Shown here piece after piece: positions 21,322 to 32,082 of a DNA stretch of 64,000 nucleotides. This DNA is from an uncultured delta proteobacterium. Lineage in GTDB: Bacteria > Desulfobacterota > Binatia > UBA9968. The translations under genes were made by a program, and so were the position numbers. Under the pieces are notes generated by a model. It made no database searches. It had not been told where the DNA came from and saw only the letters and a list, made by a program, of their open reading frames with translations. Position 1 is the stretch's first letter. Each line of letters begins with the position of its first letter. The DNA is taken from assembly GCA_963745835.1 (NCBI GenBank), contig CAVUZH010000019.1, positions 224,001 through 288,000 on the forward strand, read 5' to 3'.

Positions 21322-22359
21322 CTATTTCTCGTGCAACCGTTTGACGAAACCGCTCGCCTCGATTTCCCGCGCGATCTTGTACGAGACGAATTGTTCCGGA
21401 TCGGCGTTCTTCGCCGCCGGCGTGGTGCTTGAAAGCTCCGTCAGAATGGTACGAATTCCCTCCAGTGTTGGGATCGGCATCGCCAGATATTTTTCCGCGA
21501 TTTCATTGTAGTTATGCTCCAGCACCTCGCGATCGTCGGTCCGGGTATATTTTTTCAGCACCGCCAAGGCCGCTTCTTTATTGCGCTTGAAGTCATGGAT
21601 CGCCTCGATGTAGGCGAGCATGAATCCTTTTACCGTCGTTTCGTTTTTTTGCAGATAAGATTTGGTGGTGCCGATGGCCGACGTCGGATAATCGAGGCCC
21701 AGATCCGCGAGGTCCCCCAGTTCGCGAAAGCCCGATTTGCGCGCGATCAGCGAGGATGTGCCGCTCGTCACCCCGGCGTCAAGCATTTTGGCCTGTAAGG
21801 CGCGTGCCGTGTCCTGGGATGTGCCGATTTGAAGAATATTGACGTCGCGCTCCGGGTTCAGCCCCCATTTTTTAAGCGCCAGCCGGATCGCAAAATCGGA
21901 TGTCGCACCGTAGCGGCTGACGCCCAATTTCTTGCCCTTGAGCTGCAAGGGAGTGGAGATTTCCGGCGCACTGAAGACCTTGAAAACAAATCCATTAATG
22001 AGAGCAGCGATGAGAACGGTGTCGGCGCCTTGCAATGCCGCTTGCACCAGACCGGAGCCGGAAAGCGAGGCAATTTGCAGATCTTTAGCGATCAGCGCCC
22101 GCAACGACACTGACCCGGTACCCATACCGACCAGCACCACGTCGAGACCGTGCTTCTCGAATAATTTGGTCTCCTTGGCAAACCCCAATACCGCAACACC
22201 GCCATCCGTAGAACCATAGCCGATGACCACTTTAACGAGCGGCTTGGCCTGGCCCCCCAACGCGCTCGGCGTTTGGACGCAAAGAAAAAGAATGACAAGC
22301 GCTGCGAGCAATAATCCATGAAGACGCTGCGGCAGTCGTCCGAAGCGAGAGATGGTCAT
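21322..22359 (-). CDS. NMT1/SsuA-type substrate-binding protein
   Basis: Signal peptide; LFEKHGLDV; LKGKKLGVSRYG. Confidence 0.9.
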   Translation of the reverse strand: MTISRFGRLPQRLHGLLLAALVILFLCVQTPSALGGQAKPLVKVVIGYGSTDGGVAVLGFAKETKLFEKHGLDVVLVGMGTGSVSLRALIAKDLQIASLSGSGLVQAALQGADTVLIAALINGFVFKVFSAPEISTPLQLKGKKLGVSRYGATSDFAIRLALKKWGLNPERDVNILQIGTSQDTARALQAKMLDAGVTSGTSSLIARKSGFRELGDLADLGLDYPTSAIGTTKSYLQKNETTVKGFMLAYIEAIHDFKRNKEAALAVLKKYTRTDDREVLEHNYNEIAEKYLAMPIPTLEGIRTILTELSSTTPAAKNADPEQFVSYKIAREIEASGFVKRLHEK

Positions 22360-22800
22360 AATTTCGCACCGAAATTTGTCACAGCCAGCTTTTCCGTGCT
22401 GAGCATCACCGTTCTCGGTCAAACGTATTCGTTGATCTAATGACTGTCAAATTCACTGATCTGATCATTGTTATCTGAAGAAGCTAAACCCCACCCCGGG
22501 TGGAACGCAGGAACATAACATCGATTAGCTCGCAGGATGTGAGAGTCACTACATCACTGAAGGGATTGACTACCGACTGGCGCACTCCCAAAAAATCTGG
22601 CAATCACCTGCTTCCCAGCTCCCGCTACGCCGATCTGACAACCGAAAGATCCGCAACATAACCCAGAGAAACTTAGCGAAGCGCGACTCGAGAGGTCCGA
22701 TGACAAGAACCTAATTTTCCTTGTCGGATCGATGCCAAGATGCTCCACGAGTTAGTGGCCAGCAATGCCCGGAACTCGTTTTATGAATCAGGCCATTACT

Positions 22801-23112
22801 TCAGCGCCACTCCGAGTCGGCCGGGATTAAGTTCTTTCCGAAGCGGCGCTCCGGGGCCGCGGCCAGCCAGGGCGAAGTCTTCTCGACGTAAAGTTTGAAA
22901 TGAGGCGATTGGCGATGCGCCTCCAGCGCGGCCTCATCTTTATAGACTTCGTAGTAGTAGAAACGGTTAGCATCATCCCGGTCTTGAATAACGTCGAACC
23001 GCAGGCATCCAGGCTCGTCTTGCTCTGAATGCTCCGCATCGTGACGCACCGCTTCCAAGTATTCGGGCACATGCTCCGGTTTCACCTGAACAGTGACGTG
23101 CAATATGACCAT
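22801..23112 (-). CDS. Antibiotic biosynthesis monooxygenase family (LsrG/YgiN-like)
   Basis: EPGCLRFDV, YEVYKDEAALEAHRQSPHF; GGAGG RBS. Confidence 0.9.
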   Translation of the reverse strand: MVILHVTVQVKPEHVPEYLEAVRHDAEHSEQDEPGCLRFDVIQDRDDANRFYYYEVYKDEAALEAHRQSPHFKLYVEKTSPWLAAAPERRFGKNLIPADSEWR

Positions 23113-23444
23113 AGATCACCTCCGGTTTGTCTATCGTGACAAATGACGATCACTTGAAATAATACCACCTGATCAGGGCCAAAATGCAATTGAGAAAATC
23201 AGAGCAATACGGCAATACGGCGATGGCCTGCGGAATGATCGGATTTTCCGGCGCTCTGACCTTGACGACATGGCGAGACGGACAAACCCAAAGGTCGAAA
23301 TACAAAACATGACCTCGACGCTAGTGGTCAGGTGTTTGTGCCGCCAAGAGACGTAACCAGAGCTCGCTTTGGGTGGACTAGGCAGATCGCCCGACGGGTG
23401 ATAAGAACGTTAATATTCAGACCAAAATACGGGAGGTAAACACA

Positions 23445-24050
23445 ATGGCCGACTTAAAACTCGGAACGAAGGTGTCGGATTTTGAGCTCGAAACGTACGA
23501 GCCGACGAAAGGCGACTTTGGCAAGTTCAGCATGCAGGACCAGATCAAGAACAAACGCTGGACTATCCTCTTCTTCTATCCCGCGGATTTCACGTTCGTC
23601 TGAGCGACCGAATTCGCTGCTCTGGCAGAGCAGCACGATCGCTTCGTCAAAATGGGCTGCGACATCGTCACGGTGAGCATGGACACCAAGTTCGTGCACA
23701 AGGCGTGGCAGGAGAACGAAAAGGAGCTGGCCAAGGTCAAGTACCCGATGGCGAGCGATCCGACCGGCAAGGCCGCGCGGATGTTCGGCGTCTACGACGA
23801 GGACACCGGGCTTGCGCTACGCGGGACCTTCATCATCAATCCCCAGGGCGTCCTGATGAACGCCGAGACCAACTTCTACAATCTTGGCCGCAACATTGAT
23901 GAGCTCATGCGAAAGTACAAAGCGAACATCTATCTCTCCAAGAAAGCCGACGAGGCCTGCCCTTCAAAGTGGAAGGACGAGGGAGACAAGACCCTCACCC
24001 CGTCGGCAAAAATGGTGGGCAAAGTGCACGAGGCGCTGCAGCAGAAATAG
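23445..24050 (+). CDS. prxU: Selenocysteine-containing AhpC/Prx1-type peroxiredoxin (PrxU), 201 aa
   Basis: GGAGG RBS, ATG 23445; FFYPADFTFV-TGA(23601-23603)-ATEF puts TGA at the peroxidatic Cys; frame continues into ORF 23652-24050 with ALRGTF and resolving EACP. Confidence 0.92.
23604..23640 (+). promoter_or_regulatory. Bacterial SECIS-like hairpin
   Basis: GCTGCTCT-GGC-AGAGCAGC: 8-bp stem at 23616-23634 with G-containing loop, 12 nt after the UGA. Confidence 0.8.
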
Positions 24051-24451
24051 CTGTTTTCTCGTTTTTTCAAAAGTGATTGGGCTAGCGAAGCTCGGGGTCG
24101 GATCTTTATTTTTCACGTTCCAGAGGAAAAAAAGATTCTGCGACCAGGGCGAGCGGTTAAGAAGGCGGTCAGAGAACCGCTGCGTTGTGATGGACAAAGT
24201 CGCCGGCTGGTGTTTCACGTCCGTACAACATGAATAATCTATTGTGGGATGTCTTCGACCCAAAGGAGATGCGCCGAGAAGGGTGTTTTGCTGAGGGCAC
24301 GATAGAAATTTCGCATCGGCGGTGACCAACCGGGACTCAAGCGCTATCGGCAGCATTATGCGCAGCGGCATGGCCGCTGATATTCTTCAACGCATCGAGC
24401 TTGTGTCGCATCAATGCCGAGGACATTTTCGCGCTTCGTCCGACGGGATTC

Positions 24452-26158
24452 TTAACTTGTAACCTCGGAGCTCTTGCGGCGGGTGTTTGGCGAGCCGCTC
24501 GCCGATAACAAGCGACTCTCGTCACTGATGGCGTACACAATCAGCGGTTCCCGGCGATTCCTGACGTTAACCTGATGCCGCGGCGAACTCTGCATTTCGA
24601 TTCCGGCCCGTGTGGCGACCTGCTCGGAAATAACAAGTGCGCAGTCGTATTCTTTCGTTAGCTCCTGCAGCCTACTTGCGACGTTCACCGTGTCGCCCAC
24701 GGCAGTAAGATAAGTCCCCATACCATAGCCCATCTGTCCAACCACTGAAGGTCCGGTGTGGATGCCAATGCCTACCTTAAGAGATGACTCTAGTTCCTCG
24801 GAAAGCATATCGCTGAGCTGCGCAACGCTGCTGAGAATCTCGCGCGCTGCTGCGAGCGCGGACTGGCATCCCTGCACCGGCCCCGTCTGGACTCCGAACA
24901 GGGCCATGAGGCCGTCGCCCGTGAATTGGTTCGGCATCCCTCCCGCGCGTTCGACCGCGGTGCCAACAATTTCGGCATAGCGGTTTAAGATGAAGACCAG
25001 ATCATACGGCAATTTGCGTTCTGCTATGGTGGTGAAAGAACGAAGATCCGCAAACAGCACAGCCATGTCGCATTCTTGCCCCGCCAGGTAGGAAGGCTTA
25101 ACGAAACCGTCGCTTGCATTTGCGTCTGCGGGAAGCAAAGGCACGATGGAAATATCGCTCGTCGGTTGCAGCTGACAGGCCAACCGCACATTGGCCGGCG
25201 CGCCGATGCGGGCGAGCACTTTCAGTTCCGCCGGGCTTGGCATGGGGACAGATTCCAATCCTTTAATTATGCGAATTCTACAGGTGGAACACCGGCCCCG
25301 TCCGCCGCACACGGACGCATGAGGAATGCGCGCAAAACGGCTCGCTTCCAGGACTGTGAACCCGCGCGGCACCTGCACCGGACGGTTGTCCGGATAGGTG
25401 ATTTGAATTCTGCCTGGGCGTTCGAAGACATGGCGCGCCGCGCGCGCCACCAACACCGCACCAAGACATGCCCAAAACCCATAGATAATTCCATCACGCA
25501 GATTGACCAGGTCTTCGCCCTGGCCAGGGCGCAAAACGTTGGTTCGCTGATAGAGCTGCTCGATCCACTCGGGATTGCGGGCGATAAGATAATCAACTTC
25601 ACGCCCGGCCTGGACGAAGCCAAGCAACGCGAACACCGGCAGCAGCAGTACAAGCGCATAGAGCGCCGCGGCGTAGCGCGGATACCATGGCCGCAGCCTG
25701 AGCCAAAAGTACAGGCCGATACATCCATGCGTCCACGCGATCAACACCAACGAGGCTTGGCGCAGGCCGTTGATCGGATTCTGGCGCCACAAGCTCAACA
25801 CGGTCTTGGCGTACATGTCTTCGATGCCGTACCACTCGTAAGCCATGCGGGTGCCGACGAAATGAGTTGCCAGCAGCAGCGGTATGCACAAGCCAAGCGT
25901 GAGCTGGAGCGCCTCCCAAAACGGCATACGCAGGTGCCGTCGTTGATAAATCGCGTAGAGCGCCAAACTGAAATGGGTCAGGAGCGAGCCATAGAAGACC
26001 GAGGTGCCCAAAGGATTGCGCCACAGAGCCAGAAACCATGTGCGGCCGGCTTCCATGGCATCGAGCGAAATCAATCCGAGAGAATGATTGAGCAGATGGG
26101 TGGTGAGATAAGTAAACAGCACCAGACCCGTGGCGATCCGCGTGCGCCGAATGTTCAT
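24452..26158 (-). CDS. Membrane class III adenylate/guanylate cyclase with heme-b-type TM domain and 2Fe-2S ferredoxin (CyaC-like)
   Basis: TM histidines (THLLNH, LTHF, ATHF, WTHG); CGGRGRCSTC..RLACQ; FADLRSFT, FTGDG, GDTVNVASRL. Confidence 0.9.
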   Translation of the reverse strand: MNIRRTRIATGLVLFTYLTTHLLNHSLGLISLDAMEAGRTWFLALWRNPLGTSVFYGSLLTHFSLALYAIYQRRHLRMPFWEALQLTLGLCIPLLLATHFVGTRMAYEWYGIEDMYAKTVLSLWRQNPINGLRQASLVLIAWTHGCIGLYFWLRLRPWYPRYAAALYALVLLLPVFALLGFVQAGREVDYLIARNPEWIEQLYQRTNVLRPGQGEDLVNLRDGIIYGFWACLGAVLVARAARHVFERPGRIQITYPDNRPVQVPRGFTVLEASRFARIPHASVCGGRGRCSTCRIRIIKGLESVPMPSPAELKVLARIGAPANVRLACQLQPTSDISIVPLLPADANASDGFVKPSYLAGQECDMAVLFADLRSFTTIAERKLPYDLVFILNRYAEIVGTAVERAGGMPNQFTGDGLMALFGVQTGPVQGCQSALAAAREILSSVAQLSDMLSEELESSLKVGIGIHTGPSVVGQMGYGMGTYLTAVGDTVNVASRLQELTKEYDCALVISEQVATRAGIEMQSSPRHQVNVRNRREPLIVYAISDESRLLSASGSPNTRRKSSEVTS

Positions 26159-26295
26159 AAGTTGCGCCAATCTACTACGAGGCAAGCATGGCGTCTATGC
26201 GCCGCAAGCGCGGGTGATTGGCACCCGCGATAGGGAGCGCCTGTGAAAGACCCAGTGGGTGAGCAAGCACCGCAACTGCCGATCAGCGTGCAATC

Positions 26296-26365
26296 TTTCA
26301 AACAGTTCCCAACGGTTCCAATCGTTCCAGATATGCGGAACCATTTTTAGGCTCTGGAATCGTTC
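26296..26365. repeat. 9-mer GTTCC(C/A)A tandem repeats
   Basis: tttcaaaca gttcccaac ggttccaatc gttccagat. Confidence 0.6.
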
Positions 26366-26582
26366 GGCTGAACTATACTTTTCTTGTTCTTTAACCCGTC
26401 GCGTGTTTTTTTCGAGGTGAGTTTCACAATGACGATTAGAGGACCTACCGCCAAAGTTAATGCATCCGCTCATGCTATAAATAAGCGAGCAAATCGTCAT
26501 CGCCAGCAGCATTTCTAAGGAATCGAAAAAGAGGTTAGCCTGGGCTAGTCGAACTCACAAAGACCGTGCATGGAGAAAATTC

Positions 26583-27293
26583 ATGAACCAAACGATCGTC
26601 GGAGATCTTGTAACTGCCAGCCACATTCTTGCGGACCAGGGCGTGCTCGATGGGCTCGGCCACGTCAGCGTGCGCCATCCGGACAACCCGCAGCGTTACT
26701 TGATGTCGCGTTCTCTCGCACCGGCATTGGTGACGCCCGCGGACATCATGGAATACGACCTCGATTCAAACGCCATTGACCGACAGGGTCGATCGCTTTT
26801 CCTCGAACGCTTTATTCACGGGGAAACCTACAAGGCCCGGCCCGACGTTTTCGCGGTGATCCATAGCCATTCGCCGACTGTCATTCCGTTCAGCATCAGC
26901 CAGACCCCATTACAGCCGGTATTCAACGGCGCCGCATTTCTGTCTCCATCCGCTCCGGTATTTGACATTCGTAAAATCGCTGGCATGACGGACTTGCTGA
27001 TCGGCACTGGCGAATTGGGCAAGGCGCTCAGCGCTTCTCTCGGAGAAAGCGCAGTCGTGCTCCTCCGCGGGCATGGCAACGCCGTCGTCGGAGAAACTCT
27101 GCGGCAGGTTGTTTACCGAGCCATTCAAACGGAGCTCAACGCCCGGCTGCAGCTTCAGGCGATGATGCTAGATGGGCCGTTGATCTACATGGCGCCGGAA
27201 GAAGCCGTAAAGGTGAACGCCCGCTCAGGACCCGACGCGACTCAGATAGGTCGTACCTGGGAGCTTTGGAAGGAACGAAGCCGTCGACAATGA
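26583..27293 (+). CDS. Class II aldolase/adducin family protein
   Basis: GHVSVR, ERFIH, VIHSHSP, LLRGHG. Confidence 0.92.
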   Translation: MNQTIVGDLVTASHILADQGVLDGLGHVSVRHPDNPQRYLMSRSLAPALVTPADIMEYDLDSNAIDRQGRSLFLERFIHGETYKARPDVFAVIHSHSPTVIPFSISQTPLQPVFNGAAFLSPSAPVFDIRKIAGMTDLLIGTGELGKALSASLGESAVVLLRGHGNAVVGETLRQVVYRAIQTELNARLQLQAMMLDGPLIYMAPEEAVKVNARSGPDATQIGRTWELWKERSRRQ

Positions 27294-27505
27294 TTAGCCT
27301 GGATGAGCTGCGAACACACTCGAGCGAAAGATTAGCGAGATCTAAAAGTCTGGCCTGCATGTTTGATTTTTGTTCGGTCGGACAATCCGATCTTCCCGCT
27401 AACCAGCTTGTCTTAGTGCACTTCGCGGTGGTATGCATTTGATATCGCGACACGAAGAAACTTGAGTTCGAGTTCGATCTATCAACCAACAAAAAGGAGA
27501 GGTCT

Positions 27506-27898
27506 ATGGCATTCTTCAGTAAGATACTCGAAAAACTGGGATTCGGCAGCTCGGCGGGCGCTGCGCCTCAGCAAACCACAGCCACGCCGGGAAGTTCGGG
27601 TGCGGCTCCAACGGAAGCGGCGCCCAAGCCGGTCGCGGTCGTCGATGTGGTCGCACAACTCGAGCAACGCGCGGCGGCCAATCCACAGAAGCTCAATTGG
27701 CGGACTTCCATCGTTGACCTGCTGAAGCTTCTTGACATCGACAGCAGCTTCAACGCCCGTAAGGAGTTGGCCACCGAGCTCGGCTGCCCCGCGGATCTGA
27801 TGGGAGATTCGGCAAAGATGAATATGTGGCTACACAAGACAGTGCTGCAGCGCATCGCTGACAACGGCGGCAATGTGCCCAAGGAATTGCTCGACTGA
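27506..27898 (+). CDS. DUF3597 family protein
   Basis: LNWRTSIVDLLKLLDIDSS..ARKELA..DSAKMNMWLHK. Confidence 0.9.
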   Translation: MAFFSKILEKLGFGSSAGAAPQQTTATPGSSGAAPTEAAPKPVAVVDVVAQLEQRAAANPQKLNWRTSIVDLLKLLDIDSSFNARKELATELGCPADLMGDSAKMNMWLHKTVLQRIADNGGNVPKELLD

Positions 27899-27935
27899 GC
27901 AGCGGCAGGCAACTACCAACTAAGGAGTCACACAC

Positions 27936-28538
27936 ATGCAGATCACCGATATACTCGCACAGATGGGTGGCCTTCAATCGATGGCCCGGGAGCTGGGCGT
28001 CAGCGAGAACCAGGCGGCGAGCGGCGCGGAGGCGCTCATCCCGGCGATCCTCGGCGGCTTCAAAAAGCAGGCGCAGTCACAGCCGTCGGGGGCCGAAGGT
28101 CTTGGCGACTTGTTCGGACAGCTCGGCGGCGGCGCGCTTATGGACGACGTGCTTTCGCCGCAGCCGACGCACGTGGATCGGGGCGATGACGTCCTCGGAC
28201 AGATCTTCGGATCCAAAGACGTGAGCCGCACGGTCGCCCAGAACGCGGCATCGCAGTCCGGTCTCGATCCATCGCTGCTCAAAAAGATGCTGCCGATGCT
28301 CGCCATGCTCATCACAGGCTACATGGCGAAACAAAGAAGCGGCGCTAGTCCGGCGCAGGCGTCGCCGACGGGCGGCGGGCTCGGTGATCTGCTTGGCGGT
28401 ATGCTGGGTGGGCAGGCGAGCGGAGCTGGCAGGACGATGTCAGGTGCCGGCGGCGGACTCGGCTCCCTGCTCGACCTGAACGGCGACGGCAACCCGCTCG
28501 ACGACATCCTGAGAATGGCCGGCAAGGTATTGCGCTAG
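27936..28538 (+). CDS. DUF937 family protein
   Basis: ALIPAILGG, VLGQIFGSK, KMLPMLA, LDLNGDG. Confidence 0.88.
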   Translation: MQITDILAQMGGLQSMARELGVSENQAASGAEALIPAILGGFKKQAQSQPSGAEGLGDLFGQLGGGALMDDVLSPQPTHVDRGDDVLGQIFGSKDVSRTVAQNAASQSGLDPSLLKKMLPMLAMLITGYMAKQRSGASPAQASPTGGGLGDLLGGMLGGQASGAGRTMSGAGGGLGSLLDLNGDGNPLDDILRMAGKVLR

Positions 28539-29289
28539 CCGACAGTCCAGACCACGCTGTCAGACTTGCCTCAAGAACCAGACGCTGGCGTATCGCGCGA
28601 AGTCTGGAGCTAGGCAAGTCCGACACCAATCTGTCCAACACAAATCTCTCGGCTCGATCGTAAGTTTCCACTACACTAGCGCGACCTGCAGCAGATAAAA
28701 CCATGTGGGCCTATACAGGCGATCAACGCCCGTCCTCGCCGAAACACCGGCGACTGGACAGGAGTCGGTGTGGGATTATTCGCGCCCTCCTAAACTGGTC
28801 GTAGATCATCGGCGGATCGTCGTCTAACGCGGCGATTTATTAATCGCCGACTCCCGTGAAAATTATCGCATCCTCGAGAGTTTTCCAGCTCCGGCCATAA
28901 ACTCGCGCCTGCTCAAACGGTACTGCGACTCTCGGGCGCTGAACTCTTCTATTTCTTCACGGCTCGAAAGCTGCCGCCGCTCGCGGAAATCCGCGGCCGC
29001 GACGATCCTATGTAAACTTCAAAACCACGATGAACCTGCCATAAAATACTTCCGGAGATCGACTCGCAAGCGATTTTACCCGAGGCGCGCTGGAGCATAA
29101 AGAGCCCGAAGGCGCATATGGCTACCATCGGCGAGAAAAAGAGGTCGGGAGTGTTTCGCCCTGGCTCCCATGAAGTGCGATGCGCGATACTGTGTGTGTT
29201 CAATGCGGTCCGTTGAATTCGGGGGAAGTCAGGATTTCTCTTTTCATGGGTGTGGAAATCAAATAGGAAGCTACTCTAGAGGAGGCAGC

Positions 29290-29694
29290 ATGAGTGATGA
29301 AATTATCCGCAATCGCGAATATCTCAAAGGCAGCGTTGAGACGGACCGCAGCTACTCGATCGCGGTCAGTGCTTTCGGACAAAGAACCATCTATGTATCC
29401 GGCTTAGCCGCATGGGAGGATGAGACAGGAAAACCGCTTCCTGGTGATTTCGATGGACAGACCAGAGTTGTATTTCGTAAATTGCGGCAAATTTTGGAAA
29501 CACTCGGCGCCACATTGGATGACATCGTCTCCATGACTGTTTTTGTCACCGATATGCAGTATGGAAAGATGTTCACTGAAATTCGGAAGGAGTATTTTAC
29601 CCAAGACTACCCTGCGAGCGCTCTGATCGGTATAAAAGAGCTTGCGCGTCCTCCGATGATGATCGAGATTCAGGCTACTGCAGTCACTGATTGA
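29290..29694 (+). CDS. RidA/YjgF family protein
   Basis: IYVSG, YPASALIGI, MIEIQATA; GGAGG RBS. Confidence 0.88.
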   Translation: MSDEIIRNREYLKGSVETDRSYSIAVSAFGQRTIYVSGLAAWEDETGKPLPGDFDGQTRVVFRKLRQILETLGATLDDIVSMTVFVTDMQYGKMFTEIRKEYFTQDYPASALIGIKELARPPMMIEIQATAVTD

Positions 29695-29732
29695 AGTCGT
29701 ATTCCACGCGGTTAGGAGTTTAGGAGGGTTAG

Positions 29733-30767
29733 ATGTTTACCGACGTTCTAAGGCTGATCGTAGCGGTTATTCTCACTGTTGCGGTCCATGCCAGTTTTGC
29801 ATCTGCGGACACGCATGACTTTTACAAGGGAAAAACTATCAGGATCGTCGTAGGATTTACCGCGGGCGGGGCTTTCGATGTCTATTCCCGCACAATCGCT
29901 AGATACATGGGGCAACATATTCCGGGCGCTCCCACAATCATTGTGGAGAATATGGCCGGAGCCGGTAGCCTGGTTGCCGCCAACCACCTCTATAAGGCCG
30001 CGAATCCTGATGGACTCTCCATCGGGAATATAATCGGGGGACTGTTTGTCGGCCAAGTACTTGGCCGGCCGGGAATTGAGTTCGATGCACTTAAGTTCGA
30101 GTATCTTGGTTCTCCGATGAGAGAGAACACTGTCTGCGTCACGACGAAAGGCAGCGGAATAACCAATGTTGAGAATTGGAGAAAGGCGAAGGTACCGGTC
30201 AAGCTTGGCGCGACGGCTCCAGGCGCTACTACTCACGACTCTGCCGCGGTCTTGAAGGCGGCTCTGGATCTCCCTGCTCAAATCGTCTCGGGCTACAAGG
30301 GAGCGCCGGAGATTCGTTTGGCTATGCAGAACGGTGAGCTTGATGGGACATGCACGTCATGGGAATCGATACGGGTCACATCGCGCAACGAAATACAATC
30401 CGGCGACGCAGTGGTCGTGCTGCAAATTACGCCAAAGGCTCATCCTGAGCTTCCCAATGTGCCCGTAGCGATTGAGTTTGCCAAAACAGAACGAAGCCGC
30501 CAGCTCATACAAACAGGCATTCACGACGTCAGTTTAATCGTCCGGCCGTATGTGGTCCCGCCGGGCACTCCAAAGAACAGGGTCCAGTTACTTCGGAAAG
30601 CTTTCGTAGACACTTTACAAGATCCCGGATTTTTGACAGATGCTAAGAAGTCCAACTTAGATCTCGAACCGATTTCGGGTGAAGAGCTGGAAAAAACCGT
30701 GGCCAAGCTGTTCAAGGTATCACCCGCCGGAAAGGAAGAATTATCTAAGGCGTTGCTTGCGAAGTGA
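29733..30767 (+). CDS. Bug/TctC tripartite tricarboxylate transporter substrate-binding protein
   Basis: FYKGKTIRIVVGFTAGG, IVENMAGAG, GYKG. Confidence 0.9.
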   Translation: MFTDVLRLIVAVILTVAVHASFASADTHDFYKGKTIRIVVGFTAGGAFDVYSRTIARYMGQHIPGAPTIIVENMAGAGSLVAANHLYKAANPDGLSIGNIIGGLFVGQVLGRPGIEFDALKFEYLGSPMRENTVCVTTKGSGITNVENWRKAKVPVKLGATAPGATTHDSAAVLKAALDLPAQIVSGYKGAPEIRLAMQNGELDGTCTSWESIRVTSRNEIQSGDAVVVLQITPKAHPELPNVPVAIEFAKTERSRQLIQTGIHDVSLIVRPYVVPPGTPKNRVQLLRKAFVDTLQDPGFLTDAKKSNLDLEPISGEELEKTVAKLFKVSPAGKEELSKALLAK

Positions 30768-30871
30768 TACGGTGGAATTCCACGTTTGCGGAATCTCGTA
30801 AACGTAGAATGCAACTTTGTGCAGTCGCACCAGCGAAGTCAAAGATTGGGCATGCCGCTCATCTTGATGAT

Positions 30872-31818
30872 GCGTGGGCTATCGGTTAATGGACGCCGTA
30901 AAGGCGAGCGCAGTTGTCCCAGAGAATTTTCCTTCGTGAATTGCTCGGCATCTCCATCGCCATAAAATGATTCATCGCATCCGGCCAATGGGAGTCGGCG
31001 TGCGGATAGTCCGTGGAGATCACCACGTTGTCGTCGCCGATTCGTCTGAGCACGTCGCCGAGCAAGTCCTCTTCAACATCCACCGAGATAAAGCATTGGC
31101 GCATAAAATAATCACTCGGCTTCATGCTCATCGGTTCGTTGCAGTACCCCTTGCGCATCTCCCAGCGTTCGTCCAAGCGATAGAGCGCCCACGGTAACCA
31201 GCCGCAATTGCCTTCGAGAAACGCTACCCGCAGCTTGGGGAATCGCTCCAAAACACCGCCGGCGCAAAAACTCCCAACCGCCAGCATCAGCTCCACGGGA
31301 TTGCGAAAAGCGTTGATCAGCACCGCTTCATTGTTATGGCCTTTGAAACGATGCACCACCTGGTCGGTGTTGGGATTTGCGGCCGGATGAAAACACACCG
31401 GTACACCGAGCTTCTCCGCTTCGCGCCACACCGGATCGTAGTAGCGATCGTGTATGTGGCGCCCGTTGGCCGGCTCCGGCACCAGACATAAACCAATGGC
31501 GCCTAATTCCGTGATCGCGCGGCGCGTTTCGTCCACCGCCAGATCGACATCATGAAGCGTGATCAGCGCCGATGGTCGGAGCCGCTTGGGATCAACTTTG
31601 CAAAAATCCGCCATCCAGCTATTCCATGCGCGGCACAGATCGTTGGCATATTCCGGCTCCAGGCTGTCGTCGCAATGCAGAGGAAAAGTCCGAAACAACA
31701 CCGCCACGTCTAAACCCTCCACGTCCATCGCTTCCAGCTGCGACACCGCATCGTAATCCCGCGCCAACGCTCTCTCGTAGCGGTGCGCTACTTCCGCTTC
31801 GCCGGGGCAGCTTCATTG
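30872..31818. repeat. ~940-bp direct repeat, copy 1
   Basis: Near-identical to 33168-34116, including ~14 bp beyond the stop codon. Confidence 0.95.
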
Positions 31819-32048
31819 ACGTCTTCGATGGGTTTTCGAAGTCGCGCTGGGGGAGGCTTGCATGCCCGGATTTTCGTAACGGCATACCGATCGCCGAACG
31901 AAAAATGCATCTGGCCGTGCCTTTTTCGCGGGGTTGTCCACGCGGTATCCGATCACCCCACTTTGGATCCATATAATTTCAGATACAGATCATGCGGCTC
32001 GAAAACGTGCATATCGCTGTCCAGTATCGCAAAACCGTTTCTTGCCAT
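30886..32048 (-). CDS. Amidohydrolase_2 (copy B); 5' ~250 bp diverged and carrying several frameshifts
   Basis: ATG 32048 gives MARNGFAILDSDMHVFEPHDLY; C-terminal ~290 aa identical to copy A. Confidence 0.75.
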
Positions 32049-32082
32049 TATTCTGCTCCTTTGGGAACCGCCGAAAACTCTT

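Noticed and set aside
23170-23440. Riboswitch/ncRNA or peroxide-regulator box upstream of prxU
   Set aside because: No recognisable conserved RNA motif or convincing palindrome by eye; an Rfam scan would be needed.
28540-29280. Long intergenic stretch as a possible mobile-element remnant
   Set aside because: No transposase motif, terminal repeats or credible ORF identified.
31950-32000. Programmed frameshifting in amidohydrolase copy B or the island genes
   Set aside because: Multiple scattered indels without slippery-site/stimulator structure; better explained by sequence error or decay.
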